63,204 bases of DNA, filler included, from Sphacelaria rigidula (GCA_964200075.2; 5 parts of 5 records of this genome joined end to end with filler, not necessarily neighbours in it), one strand, 5' to 3'. Numbered from the whole stretch's first letter, positions 49,901-63,204 are shown. The notes: generated from the letters alone by a model not told the origin. Program-made: numbers and translations.

Positions 49901-50471
49901 TGTTACCATGTGATTAAACCCAATATCCTTTTGTATTACTCGTAATATTGAGTAAAGGCCTGTGATCCACGATAAATTTAGCCGCGGTCACAAGATGTGA
50001 CTACCCAAGGCAAATCTAAACATCAACACTCGCTGAGGAAACTCGAAGAAGGGGAAACATGGGACTTGAAAGAGGACACAGTGAATGATGAACGAGAGAA
50101 ACAGAGACGGACAGACACGAGATACAGAGATAGAGGCAGAGGGGGGGGGGGGGTTGCGTAATGTGGGACAGTGAACCATGGTACCTATAGCCTTTCATAA
50201 GTTGCAAGCTGGAGTAAACGAAGCATGGCCGGGCTGGAAAACCACGCAATGATGAGCTTCGTGTGATTATTCAGTCGATGTCCTCGACAGCCAGGGGACG
50301 GGAGGGAGAGGGGGACCTTATGCCATGTTTCCGACAATCAAATCAAGATTCCCGACCTTTAATAGTCGACGGTGGCAACGTTTCAAACCCCAATATTCTC
50401 ATGACTGGTGGTACCAGTGCTGGCAACGGCGAACGGTATGACACTGAGCCTCTCCCTTCGTCTGGTGATCG

Positions 50472-50504
50472 TTATTATTATTATTATTATTATCATTATT
50501 ATTA

Positions 50505-50544
<40 letters not shown>
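50472..50544. repeat. (TAT)n microsatellite at contig end
   Basis: Directly visible. Confidence 0.9.
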
Positions 50545-50644
50545 NNNNNNNNNNNNNNNNNNNNNNNNNNNNNNNNNNNNNNNNNNNNTTAATTAATTAA
50601 NNNNNNNNNNNNNNNNNNNNNNNNNNNNNNNNNNNNNNNNNNNN
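50545..50644. other. Artificial contig spacer
   Basis: Same 100-bp linker. Confidence 0.97.
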
Positions 50645-50712
50645 AAAGGTGTAGACTGGTGCCCAGAATAAATGGGACGACGACACACACACAACACACA
50701 CAACACACACAG
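50645..50712 (+). mobile_element. 3' end fragment of the SINE family
   Basis: aaaggtgtagactggtgcccagaataaatgggacgacgacacac.. matches the reverse complement of ~31323-31368 and ends in a CA-rich tail. Confidence 0.6.
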
Positions 50713-51678
50713 TGCCCAAAATCGGGCCCCATTCACCCCCATAACAATGCAGGCTGTTCTTATTACCCCAAACAAAGGAGGGTCTGACGCAAACAGGACG
50801 AACGTCAGCGATAAGTACAAGCAGGTCCTCTGCAACTGTATGACCAACCCAACGTGTGCCGCACGCTCTGGCCAGTCATCCAGGCACCTTCATCATTTCA
50901 CACTATCCTGGGTCGCGAAATACAACCTGGTAGCAGTACTCGTTCGTGGCGGTTTGGCGCAAAACTCGAGATAAGCCGTACTCGAATTCTTGTCCGATTG
51001 CGCTGAAATTCATGGGCGTGTAGCTGACATGAAGGCGACAGCAACGATAATTGTTTCGATCTCTAACTCCTCCTCGCCGTTCGAAACCAACGGCCAAAGT
51101 AAACCTTAGAGAAAATATTTACCATTATATACGGGATTTCCATGCCCTTGGGAACCTGAACACCTTGGATTGTGAACTCAAGTTTTGATATTTAGTGAGT
51201 GCTTTTTCGAGAAGAGGAGCGCTTTTAAAACGCGAGACTGCTGATTCGTTTTCGTATTTCTCGAGGAAAAAGTGGCTCTGTTGTGGGACTTCACTTCAGC
51301 AGATCTTACTCCGCAAAAAAAAAAAAGTGAAAACACCACTGTAATAGCCATGCCCTTCAAATGGTCGATGCGCATCTCTCCTCAAATGCTCACGTCCTCA
51401 CTCTTAAACCTTGAGTGAACAAAAGCCGAAGACACTTTCTTGACTCAGATAGAATGATCAGCCTGTGGACGTTTGACATGGTGATCCCGTTCAGCGGATC
51501 ACCCCGGTCGGTAGAAAAATACACGTGATTGACTCTGTCAAGAAACACACGTACGACTATCCTTGAACCAGTACGGGTACATGATGGAACACCTGAAAAA
51601 ACACGTGTGACGGCGGTCAAGTGGAGAGCCTCCATACAATCAAGGCTGTGCTTGGCAACAGGAGATCGTTTTTCTCAC

Positions 51679-51783
51679 CGCATGGTTACCATCCACGGGT
51701 CCAACCAACGTGATCGTCCGTGGTCGATAGCTGTACCTCTCCTTCGACAACTTCGACTTTTTGATCGCCACGATCGCTTCAAC
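51679..51783 (-). CDS. Probable exon following the giant exon
   Basis: tctcag|GTT...GCG|gtgaga, 105 bp, phase 0, open: VEAIVAIKKSKLSKERYSYRPRTITLVGPVDGNHA. Confidence 0.6.
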
Positions 51784-52117
51784 CTGAGATTTGCACCGGC
51801 GGCGGGAATGAGAAAAACAGGGCTGAGGTTTAGGTCATGATGCTATCGCCACATTGCATGCAATACGCTCACACTGATGCAGACAGGCAAAATAAAGCGC
51901 AGATGGAATGAATTACATGCAACCCCACCAGTTCCTCTTGTTTTGCCACTTTACCAACTCAAACCAAGGCTACGTCGTAACGCAGCGCCTGCGCGACGGA
52001 AAAATTGTGGCGAGGGGGGCCTGGATATGTCTGTAAAAGAAAGGGAAACGTTGTCGTCACGAGATAAAAGCGTTTGTCACCATGTGCGCTCCAGTCTACT
52101 GTTAAATGGGCTCTCAC

Positions 52118-55100
52118 CTCCACCGTAATTGGCTTTGCCGGCTTGAATCCATCATCCCGCGAAATGAGTGTTTTGGTAACCTTGGCGAAATCCTTCTCGT
52201 CGTTATCCACCCTTCCGTCTGCCCCCGACATGGCGTCACATTCCATGCGGCGCGTCATCGTCTTGAAGTAGGTTCTCTCTTCTAGAAGCAAGGCACTCCG
52301 GTTTCCCCACAGCTGCCTCCGACAATCGGACCAGCCAACACGATTACCACTTCTCCCCTCTCTGGCTGTACAACCTTCGTTCTCTCGCTGTTCCCCCGCG
52401 GCGGCCTTGTTTTTTCTTTTGGATTTCTTCTTCCTTTTCTTCTTCCTCCCCGCAGCCGCGGCTGTTGTAGACGAGACAACTTCAAAATCATCTCTATGCT
52501 CTGAATCGCCACCGGGTGACGATAACGCGGGTGCCACTGCCGCCACCGTGTCACCGGGGCCGTCCTTGCTCGAAACCGCCGTTTCCACCGCCACAGTCAA
52601 AGATGATGCTGGCTTTGTCCCGACCCGCATACTCAACAAGCCATCACTGCCGTTGTCGCCCAGGCGGGGATTGATTGATTTCAACTGACTGCTGACGATT
52701 GCAGCGGCAGCAGAGTGGGTGTTCTCGGGCATCGACTGACCTGACTGTACGCCATCTTTCATTTCTTTTCGCGCGGTACAAGATGGACTTTCTCCTGACG
52801 AGGATGCTGTGCCATCGTCGCATACTGAGAGAATATCATTGTCCACAATGAAACGGTCCACAGCGATAGTAAGGTCTTCGTCCGTGCTACTGCCATCCGT
52901 GTCGATATCGTCATCCTCTCCACAATCTCGCGGGCGCCGGCTCTCCCGCTGCTGTCCGTCGCTCAAGCTAGAAGCCGAGTACTCGTCCGTGCCCGACAAA
53001 GATCGTGAGGGGGACGCACGGCCACCCGACATCCTCACGTCGTCAAGCACGGTAACATGGGAGAGACTTGCCGTCGTCGCCTCAGCAGTGTAACAGTTGT
53101 CCATCACCGGCCTTCTGGTGTTGAGCAACTTTAGCCGATCGGCCTGTAGCAACCACCCAGAACGGCCGCACAGCTCCGTCCTACCTCCACTGTCCCCGTC
53201 ATCGCTGACGAGCTCTTCAGACCCCAACAGAGTGGATATTGGAGGTAGGCTTCTATGGCGCTGCAGCACCGGGGTGTGTGCCGAGCCAGTCCCAGCGCAG
53301 GCGACGGCATATCTGGAGACGGTAGTGGCAGTACTACTAACTCCAGCAACGCTTGGCGGCGGGGGGGGAGCGGAGACGATCGAGTCGTGCGTGCTGACGC
53401 CAGAGCTACTGTACACGACACCTCCGCTGGAACCAGCTGTCCGAGGCAGAAGCGGCGGAACTGACGAGACCACGTCGTCCCCGTCAAATAGTTGCTCTCT
53501 CCCGCTACCCGAACCGCCGCCGTCGCTGCTGAGCACGTCATCACCAACTATGCAGTCACGTTGCTGTGTGCTTACGAGATTCGGTATGGGGCTTGGCGGC
53601 GCAGGGGAATCCGAATCCTTGCTGCATTCATCGTCGTGGCCTTCGTTCGCGTCGTCGTCGATGCTCGTGGAGGTGCGGTTGCCGCTACCGCTGCCGCTGC
53701 CATCCTCATCACCTGAGGCGAAGCTGTCAGAATCACTTGCACCGGCCACGCGTTCGATGCACACCACACCTCTCGCAGAGGCCGGTACACCATCAAGTGT
53801 GGCATCTCCTACTTCGTTGGCAATCTCGTAGCGGCCTTCGCGGGAGAAGGTGTAGACGAACGATGGTTGCTCGGCGCTCAGTGAGAACGAAAATGCTACC
53901 TTGCAATCGCTTTTACTGTTGTCGCCGTTGCCGCTCATTGTGCTAACTCTTCCCTTGAACGTTTCCGGCTGGATGACATCGTCAGAGTCCTTCCCTCTCC
54001 TGATGCGTCTCTCCCATCGTACCCGCGTCCCGATCGGCGCCGTGAGAATTTCAGGCTCAAACAAAGAAACCCCCGCCCCTGTCTCGTCCTCCATGATGGT
54101 AACTCTCGCGTCCACGGCCGCGTCCGAGCCAGCGATGGTTTTTAGCCCGGAGCTACTCGGGACCCCTTCAGAGTCAGGGGGGGCGGGCGACTGCTTCTGG
54201 TGCAATGTCTTCACGACTGAAGAGCACAAAAGTGCGCCATCGTTGGGCGTCGAATTCCTGTTGGCGGCTCCGTCCGAGTCCACGCAGGTGTCACCCTCCG
54301 ACGACCACGCACGGCAGCGGGGGTCTTCTTCTGCAGGGGAAGCTGGAGCGGTACCGCCACTTTCTCGGGAACCTTCATGGCGAGCGAGTACAGCGGGCAT
54401 GTCGTTACATCCTGCCGCACCCGCAGCCGCCGCTAGACCCGCCGCCGTTGCCGCCGCAGCCGCGGCTCCCGAAGGACACGATGTAAACGATGACTTAGGG
54501 GACTTCGCACTCGTGACTGCCTCAGAATGATGAGAGATTGTATCACCAGCAGCATGCGCCGTCCCTCCCGATATGTCGTCAATGTGTGCCACCGAGTGTT
54601 TCACCCTCGCCAGCACTTCCGAACACTCCTCTACGACCATCGCCACCGTCGCTTGCACCCGCTCAGCCGCATTCTCTACTGCAGCTTCAACAGCGAGGCT
54701 TACGGCTCTAGTCTGCTCCGCTTTGCACACATCGCCATCACCATCTGCCGACACAGAGATCTTCGGCAGTGCAGCCTCATCTTCCGCGCAGGGAAACGAG
54801 CCGATGTTATCCGCTCCTGAACCTTGAGCAGCGGGCGAGGTTAGCGGACTGACTTCCTGCCATTCTTGTCCACTCCCGTCTCGTTGTAGTACTTCCACCC
54901 TCTGCCTCTGCGAGCCGAGCCTGTTGCTGCTGCTGATGCACGGTTGAGCCGCGGCGGTTGCCGTGGGCGCCACCGTCGGGGAAGAAGAAGAAATTTCCGA
55001 TAGTTGCGACGACAACGGCGCTTCGTCACCACTGTCCATTACACCGACAATAGTAAGGGTAAGAGGGATCGACGATGAAGACTGACCGCGCGTGTTCATC

Positions 55101-57628
55101 AAATAACGAGGCGACTGCTTCAATGATTCCTTTGGACTGACAACTGCCGCTTTTGCCGGAGCGGTGGCGTTAATTCCACCATCAACACCCAACCAGCTTC
55201 CACTTGGGACATCGTCAGAGTCGAAGGAGCTCGGTAGATCTCCCCCATCCATTGAGGCGCCGTTGCCGCCGCTGCCTTCTTGCCCGAGGAGCGTACTGGA
55301 GTGCTCTGATCGCAGCATCGGCAACGTCAGGGAAGGCGAAGAGGGGAGCAAGACATTCCCCGAGTCGTCGCCGGGAATAGTTTTTTCTGTTCGTTCGAGT
55401 TTCGGTGCCTGTTGCAAGACCGGATCGCCACCGACGTTTGCGCCCTCAGGAGGTGATACCACGTCCTCGTCCGGTTGGTCCGACGTAAAGCCCTGTGGAC
55501 CAGTCCCACACTCCGCTCGTTCCTTGACGCCTACAAGAGGGGTGCCCTCCTCCGACGGCCCGTCCAGCAGTCGAGCCTCCGACTCTGGGTCACAACTAGA
55601 ACGCTGCCGGAGAGGCGATGGGGGAAGCGAATCTACCTTCGCAATCACGGATTCACTTCTTGTCTCTGCTTCACTCTCTCGTTCGTCATTCTTCGCTCCA
55701 TCAGCAGAGAACGAGATAGCTCCTTTTGTCTTGGAGAGCTGAGGAGCGAGGTCTTGAATAGTCTCCTCGACGGTTGTTGCACCCGTAATGTCGAAAACCA
55801 CCTCTTCGCCATGGTGGTCATCATGATCGTGGTGGTCGTCGCGCTCGAAGGAAGAAGTAGAACCGTGGGAGATCTGCAAGGAGAATGGACCGCTCTGAAA
55901 ATCACCATCGCTGTCTAGATCCACTGTGGCGCTGTCGTCTTGGCATGCTTCCTGTTTATCCGCGCCCTCCATGGTACAGTCGTCTTCCATGGCCTCGCTA
56001 CCCGGACGTGCCGCTGTCGCCACCGCTGTCCGCCCTTCCCCATCTTCATTAAACACGTCAGCCTCGCTTGGCTCGCCGCATCCATCGTTTTCTGGCGCCC
56101 GCGTTTCCGAATCCGACGGGGTCAAGGTGGAGTCTTCGCAAGAGCGTCCTTCATCATCATCAATCTCTTCGCTACGGTCGTGCGGCGCCGCAGCGCCGTC
56201 CACAATCGTTTTCTTCTCCTGTTCCCGGGACGGTCGTCCCGACAAGCAGCTTTCCTTGTCAACTGCGACCGTCGGCAGAAGCAACGCCGGCGACGGAGCA
56301 CCACCACCTGCAAGTTCCACCGCCGGACTCGAACAACCGCCACCACTCGGCGACCGCGCTTGTGGGCTCTCACTTTCCGACAACATTTCTTTTGTTTGCG
56401 CTGCGTTCATTGTACTAGTCTCGCAAGAGTGCGAGAGTGCTTCAACTAACTTCAAGTGCGCCTTTCGGAGCCCCCGCTGCTGCACCGGCGTACCTTTTGT
56501 CGATGTTGGCCCTTCTTGAACTGGCGATGCAACCTCCGGCGTTGACAACGGTGAAGGCAACGGAAACGGAAACGGTGCGACTCGATTTTCTGGCGCAGTA
56601 GCAACCGCCAACGCTGGTAAGATATTCGACTCTGCCATCTCCTCCACAGAGCCTGTATGTTCGGACATGACGTCAACTGTCTCTCCCTCACGGACAGCAG
56701 CGGCCGAGGGCTCGTTTGGGCAGGCAGCTGTCATGCAGTCGCCTGCTCTCGTAGTGGCGGCGTCGGCGGTATGAGTTTCTTCGACAACTACATGCCCCTT
56801 TGTGACGGGTCCCGAGTATACGTAATACGCGTAACTGCCGGGTCGATCGAACATGAGGTCCGCGTAGGACCCGCCTAACGGAATTTGGCGCGTCATTGGC
56901 TCATCCAGTACATCGGATATGATAAGAACCGTCATGCCCTCCTCCTTCACTCTATTACCTTCGCCACCACAAATGCACCTCCCAACGCCATCGTCTTTCT
57001 TCCTGGTGCTAACCAACTCTACCTTTTCTCCTTGATCTACGGCAGCGCCACCAGCCACCGCCTCTTTTGCTCCAGCAATCGTGCTTGCTCCACCCCCGTG
57101 GACCCACCGGACGGTGCCCCCAGTCTGTATGCTCACCTTCGGAATGATTTCCGAGCGTCCCGGCGAAACTAACCGCACCGTAGCCTCCACCGACGCCGTT
57201 GCTTCAGACACCCCAGCCTCACGCGCCGCCTGCTGTTGCCCCATTCCATCACGTCTTCCGGGAGGAGGCAACGGAGAACAAGTAGGTAGGGAGTAAACAA
57301 TATTTGAAGACGGACGTGTAGTCCCTGTCGCCGAGTAATCGGCGCTAACGCCATCTGTAGGGTCAGAAAGGAAGCGTGGAGATGATTCTATAGGCGAAGA
57401 AGCTTCGCCGTTACCCCCTGCCTGCAACACCTCCCGTTCGTCTTCCACGTTTTTCTCCTCCTCTTTTTCGTCTTCCAACGATTCGCTGCCGTCCGTGACT
57501 GTGCCGTGGGGACTCGACGGCGATCGCGACCTAGAATGGGAAGTCGATCGTTGTTTTCGCTCACCAGCGTGCAGCGGGCTCTGAGGCCCGATGGGTATTG
57601 ACGCCATAATCCAGGCAAAGTGCAATAC
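52118..57628 (-). CDS. 5511-bp exon of a large, mostly low-complexity protein with cupredoxin-like modules
   Basis: 1888-codon ORF; acceptor ctcgcag before 57628 and donor GAG|gtgaga after 52118. Segments VSIQTGGTVRWVH..LMFDRPGSYAYY..KGHVVVE and FEPEILTAPIGTRVRWE..FVYTFSREGRYEI..RGVVCIE resemble plastocyanin-type strands. Translation might instead start at the ATG at 57607. Confidence 0.82.
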
Positions 57629-58138
57629 CTGCGAGGGAGTAGAGTGGGGAATAGGTGACAGGGAAATAATTTGAGATTATGTGGATGGAGTCGTACTTGT
57701 TACCGTAAGGTGGACACAAACACACGTGCGCGCGCGCACGCACCTTCTCCTTATCTCGGACTTGTGAGCCTGGAGTTTCGGTTGTTTTTGTGGGCATAGA
57801 TTCAAGAAGACCGGCGGAGACAGGCAACGGAGACAACGCGTGGATGTGATACGAAAGAACGGTGGTCCACAGGGGTTCGAATTTTACAGTAGTACAAGTT
57901 TGAATTTTGTGTTCACTCAATCGGGATGTTTGCGCAGACCATTTGTCACCTTCACTAGACGTTTGAGAGTTGGACGATGGAAAAAGAAGCAGGCCGTGCT
58001 CAGGACATATTTTCCAATTTTGGCATGTCGGCCCTGTATGGAGTAAAACCCCGTTATCCAGGGGGTGTTGATGCGCACCGTATACAGGCTGGGCCGCCCA
58101 AGACGCGGACAGGAATATTGACACGTGATTACTGTATG

Positions 58139-58396
58139 CTGCTCAATTTGGGGTCGTTTCCAATGAAATTTTGACGCGATCTACAGGACGTATGTGCGAA
58201 GACCCCATCATCCCTCCCCTAAAAAACATTTTCGTGAGTTATTCATGATTTAGTTCCAGGAAAATGTTCTGAAATGTTTAGTCGTCAATAATTCACGGGA
58301 GAGGGAAAAAATGTAGGGCAGGGATGATGGGGTCTTCGCACATACGTCCTGCACATCGTCTCAAAATTTCATTGAAAACGACCCAAAATTGAGCAG
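58139..58396. mobile_element. Foldback MITE (258 bp) with ~75-bp TIRs
   Basis: ctgctcaatttggggtcgttt.caatgaaattttga..aggacgtatgtgcgaagaccccatcatccct is the reverse complement of agggatgatggggtcttcgcacatacgtcct..tcaaaatttcattgaaaacgacccaaaattgagcag. Confidence 0.82.
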
Positions 58397-58470
58397 TATA
58401 ATCGAATGTTCGTGTCGAAGACCTGTTACTATGTGGAGATGGACCACCCACGAAAAAATGAAACGCGGTT

Positions 58471-58743
58471 ATGTTTCAATTTCAAGCTGTTTTGAACGAA
58501 ATTTTGACATGATGTGCATGAGGTATGTCGTGAAATCCCTGCTGTCCCCCTCTGACTTTTTCTCATTTATTTTAATGAGTTGTCGACGATTTTGTACCAA
58601 AGAAAAAAATTCCGAATTTTCGATCAACAATACTTCACGAGGAAAAGGGGGAAAAATGAGGGGGAGACGATAGGGGCTTTTCGCACATACCTCATGTACA
58701 TATCGTGTCAGAATTTCATAGTAAACGACTCAAAATTGAGCAG
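58471..58743. mobile_element. Second, more diverged copy of the same MITE
   Basis: Ends ttcgcacatacctcatg..aatttcatagtaaacgactcaaaattgagcag; left arm gaaattttgacatgatgtgcatgaggtatg. Confidence 0.7.
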
Positions 58744-61102
58744 CGCAACCGCGCTCTTCTGTTCGGAACCCGTTGACTTGCTTCTGGAGTACAAAAACCT
58801 CAGCCGGAACTTTGGCGTTCTCTACAAGCTTTCTTCACCCACTGCTCTCACCGGTTCGCATACTACTACCAGACGCCTTGACGCGCTGGAGGTCTCATCT
58901 GCGTGCCATCTCAGACACTGCGCGCCTACAGTACAACATGCGCTGTTATACAACCACAACTTGTGTAGCACCACCACTCTTCGGCCGCGACACAACCTAC
59001 TGTAACCGAAAATACGATTTCAGCGGTTTTGATGCCCTAATTCTGCCGCACATGTCACCCACAACTCTCTACACTTTGCAGCTGAATACAGTTTGGTAAT
59101 ACGTTTGATTGGAACTCGTCGGATCGCAGTGCTACGTGGAATGAAAGACGCACGCTGAGATGTAAATCATCATGATGGGTCATAGTGGGCATAACTCGCG
59201 ATGTATCGTCAGTTAGAACGGGCTGAAGGAAAGTCCGTTTCTTAGTCGGCCCAGCCTGTATGATAAAAAAACACTTGTTCGCTGCCGCGCAATGAAATCG
59301 ATAAAAAAACGTGAAGTTAACCATTCAATTTTCATCATTACAGTTTAACGATCCGAATCGGTTCGGTCAAGCTAAAATATTGAAGAGCGAGAACCGGGGG
59401 CTGTACACTCTCAAGACCCTTAATGACCGTTGAGGTCGTAACTTCATCAAACTGGGTCGCAGGAAAATATGTTCTTCTCGAAATTTGTATCGGTTATTCG
59501 CGTCTCTTGATTTCAAAGATTGAGATCGAACAGAAACCGTAATGAGTCATGATCACCAAAAAAGCCCATGCACAAAAAAAAAAAACTTTAATCGAAAATG
59601 TGATGAATAAACTTGTACTACTACGTTTGTCAAGAGGGTGAAACCAGGACAAAATTAAGCAACGTATAAACCAACATATCACCACGGGCGATTCAGGTAT
59701 CGAGCTACGCTAAGCGCATTTGCGTGGTGTGGCTTTGCGTCTGGGGCATGGTTGCACTCGACACGAATCATAGACTAGTCTAGGTGACTTCTTTGCAGCG
59801 CTGAATTAATAGACTAGTCTAGGCGATACCGGTGTATCGCACCAACTCAACCGTAACACATTTCGTTCATATCTAGAGATACGAGAGGTACAGACAGACT
59901 GAGTGGGCTCGAGTCTCGGAGTACGTTTCTTGTCTAATGCAACTATTGACCATATATTGTCCAAGGTGTAAAATTTACATACACAAACACTGCGTATGGA
60001 AACGCAGGTATGAGCTTGTTCCCCTCACAAACCCCCCTGGTGCCCAAGCGGAAAGTCGTGGTGTCGTGGGCAATCCCCATGCGCCCGCTCAACCATGATG
60101 ACCGTAGTCGGCTGCGATCTTACTGGGACATAAACTTGAACTCGAGAAAATTGAGGTAGCGCCCACCTGACCTACCGGCGGCCTCGACACCTACAGGCTG
60201 GTTCAGGGTAAATGCCCAAAATTCATTTCTCATTTAATTCAGAAAGCAAAATTGACCCGATGTAAACATATTTGGTACCATAGTGACCCCCACGAGCGAG
60301 CGAAGAGCGTGATATTGCCAGATTTTTTCTCGTGCCCTTTACCGTGGCGCTATTAGTGAAAATGTTTCCAGGCCAATCAGCGGCCTCCAAATCCATTCAA
60401 AAATAAGCATTGGGTTTTTCGGCTCAATTTTTACTCAATCACATCACGAGTAAAACATTAGTAGTCGCCATTAGCTAGGGGATTTGACGCGAAAAATAGA
60501 CTTGAAAAATATTTTGTATGGGATCGAGTTATACCCAAAAATGTGGTATTTTCGGTGATGTGGGGTTTTGGCGTCGTGGGATTCTCCCTAATAATATGCA
60601 TCAAGACCCAGAAGGCCTCTTAACGTTTTCCGTCGTAACTTTCGTAGAAGAGCTCCGATCATCCTAAAATGTTGCAGTTTGGTAGATATGGGTGCTGCGC
60701 ATGGGAAAAGAAAACGTCGAAGAATGTTTTAGAGTTTATCCGCCCTCTACCGGCCCCAGCGTGAGGACCCCCAGGAGTCAATACAGATTGCTTCAAAATA
60801 ACGAAACATATATTCAAATTTGACTCGTCTCGAGGTACTCCAAGGAACGTTTGTACAAGCTTCGTTGCGTAACTCGAAAAGCTTATTCCAAACGGCCGAT
60901 CTAACCCCAAGCGCACAAGGAAAAAGTCGGAAGCATACCATAATCAAGTAAGTAGGCGGGTTCCGCGTACTTCTGCATACTTTACCGAACAAACGGCCAA
61001 TTGCTCACGCCGTTTTCAGGAGTTAGACACTGAAATTTTACATACGAGTGTTCTGAAATACTTCCGAGCTGGGCCAGCCTAGAAGCGGATTGGTGGTTTG
61101 CA

Positions 61103-61373
61103 GGCCCATTCTCACCTCAATTTTTAGAGTTGGCCCCTGAAATTTGGTATGAACAATGAGGGGAGAATAGATGAAAAACGAAAACCCAAACCCAAAGATT
61201 TTTTTTCATGATTTGAAGGCGTTTTATTGACACCTGAAATGTTATTTTGGCCTCTAACTCATGGAAGAAGAAAAAAATCTTTGGGTCTGACTGTCCGTTC
61301 TTGAATTATGCCCTATCCATTGTCCGTACCAAGTTTCAGGGGTCAACTCTGAAAATTGAGGTGAGAATGGGCC
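61103..61373. mobile_element. Foldback MITE (271 bp) with GGCCC termini, possibly PIF/Harbinger-derived
   Basis: ggcccattctcacctcaatttttagagttggcccctgaaatttggta / taccaagtttcaggggtcaactctgaaaattgaggtgagaatgggcc; no clear TSD. Confidence 0.75.
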
Positions 61374-62021
61374 ATTTAGACCCACTTTTGTGGCAAACGA
61401 ATATCGATTATTTGGGACACAAAATCGGGGGGACCGTTTTATGGTACAGGCGTTACAGTATCACAGATTTGTGAAACGGTTCTGTACACAGACGGTCATT
61501 TCTTGAATTAGTGTGGTACTGCGTTCTCGTGCATGAAGCCGAAGAGCAGGCAGGTGGTAAATAATCAAACAATCCTTCGAGTACAGTGTCGTACCTTGAT
61601 ACCCTAGGGTAATACAGTGCAGGACACTTCATCAGTACAGTACATGATGATGCCTTGTGGTAGTACATGATGGCACAGTCGGTATTGCGAGAACAGAGAA
61701 CAAACAGTGCGCGAGAAGAGTTCGGTAGTGCAGTACCGCACATCACCCCTCAAGCATAGCGAAAAGAGCTAGGAGAGGACAATAGCGTTCGTTATAGTGA
61801 TACATATGTCAGCGCAGCGCAGTATAAAACATAACTATCGCCATAGGGTATGGCGTCAGAACTTATGATCCGCTTGTCAAACCCCGTGCAAAGTTGCTTC
61901 AGCAGCTGGGGGCCGCAGTACGCATGCCCTGTGCTGTCACGACACTGTCTTCTGCTGCCGTTGCAAAAATATCAAACGCCTCGTACTCTAGCAATGTACG
62001 TCAATGCACGTACGTCACCTC

Positions 62022-62118
62022 AAAAAAATCGGGGGAAGTCACGATCTCGGAACGATTTTCCCCGTTTTTTTCGAAAAATTGGGGGAAAACGTTCCGACAT
62101 CGTGACCCCCCGATTTTT
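62022..62118. repeat. ~97-bp imperfect palindrome
   Basis: aaaaaatcggggg..gtcacgat.tcggaacg.ttttcccc / ggggaaaacgttccga.atcgtgac.cccccgatttttt. Confidence 0.75.
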
Positions 62119-63204
62119 TCGCCCCCGATTTGGTCCAAATCCGTGTCCATAAAGTGCGTTCCCCCATTTTGAAAAGATCAAGATTCGTGCCTGCCATAAA
62201 AGTGGGTCTTAGTAACCGGGTTGGTAATAATTCGGAACAGCATTTTGAAGGCCACTTACCGGCCAAAGTTTGGTGCTTGTGTATTGAAATTTGGTGTGTG
62301 ACCTCTCTAGGGCTTTACGAACCAAAAAAGTGGGGCCGTGTAGTACTCATTTATTTTTCCACTGGTTTGGGACGTTCTAGTATGGGAACGGCCACTTTTT
62401 AACGAGAACGCCCAAACCTCTCCAAAGGAAAAAAAAACATAGGCCCATTTTATTTTTTTGTCCAGCATATCTCTGTGGTTCTCCATGCTAGGTTTTAAAT
62501 ATAACTTCTGAGAAATGAGCTGAAAAACTGAGATGAGATTCAAGGGCAGTGTTTATTTCTCCTCAAAACTCCCCTAAAAAACGAAAAAAAAGGCTGATCT
62601 TCATTTTGCTGAGCACGTGTGCTTCTCCAGACGAAAAAGCAAAGTACGACCCTCAAAAGCTGAGATGCAATGTTCAGATTTAGTGTATTCAGTGCGTCTG
62701 TTCGTAAATATTGATTTTAGTACAGAACCTTATGTGCGCCATATCTCGAGATGGATTACGAATTAGGTGAAGGTGAGGGTACATATCGTCTCCCCGTGCT
62801 CCAGGGAATGTCGAAACCAAGTGTCGTCTTCATCCGCTCCGTATATCGCTCGGGCTTTCATATAGATTCTAGTATAGACGCTATCTCCGTACGGTATAGG
62901 AATTACTAGACATGGGATTTAATCACCGAAAAACAATGGCCCCGAATTTTGAGCATACGGGCATATTTCCCTTGATTAGACGATTAATGATACATGCGGA
63001 TCACGGCCAAACTCGTCTGCGTCGATGAGATATTGCTTTGAGAGCTTCAATCCGTTTCTAGGCTGGACCAGCCTGTCGAAGGGCTGTATGAATGGGGTCT
63101 CCCGACTTTTCGTCTTTTTTCGCCAGATATCCGGCGTCCCAGGAGGGGGGGCGTACTCATTTGTTGCTTGCCTTAGTCGTTTGATCATTGACCACGCATC
63201 CCTT

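Noticed and set aside
50903-51010. Further exon of the cupredoxin-like gene (..YQVVFRDPG)
   Set aside because: Suggestive motif but followed by TAG, and I could not find phase-consistent splice sites.
52809-56519. Plus-strand ORFs of 150-240 aa opposite the giant exon (also 26852-27679, 28708-29310)
   Set aside because: Antisense shadows of GC-rich low-complexity coding sequence with no recognisable motifs.

Overview
Eukaryotic, intron-rich and repeat-rich DNA. Intron size, splice-site style and TE content suggest a stramenopile, probably a brown alga (inference). The window is not one locus: it is five contigs of 12561, 12561, 12561, 12561 and 12560 bp joined by artificial 100-bp N/TTAATTAATTAA spacers. 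Contig 1 holds the last six exons of a GT18 (MGAT5/GnT-V-like) glycosyltransferase gene and a tRNA-derived SINE. Contig 2 is a decayed Ty3/Gypsy retrotransposon. Contig 3 holds a minus-strand multi-exon gene that appears to join a CRAL-TRIO domain to a split PH domain, plus a SINE, a LINE 3' remnant and a MITE. Contig 4 holds a decayed DIRS/Ngaro-type RT-RNase H retroelement with no visible tyrosine recombinase, a MITE inside its pol, and a 381-bp palindrome inside its gag; a non-autonomous hAT lies nearby. Contig 5 holds a 5.5-kb exon encoding cupredoxin-like modules in a disordered scaffold, and several foldback MITEs. The most unusual feature is the gag palindrome, whose arms differ mainly at third codon positions. 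All domain calls are by-eye motif recognition; no searches were run.
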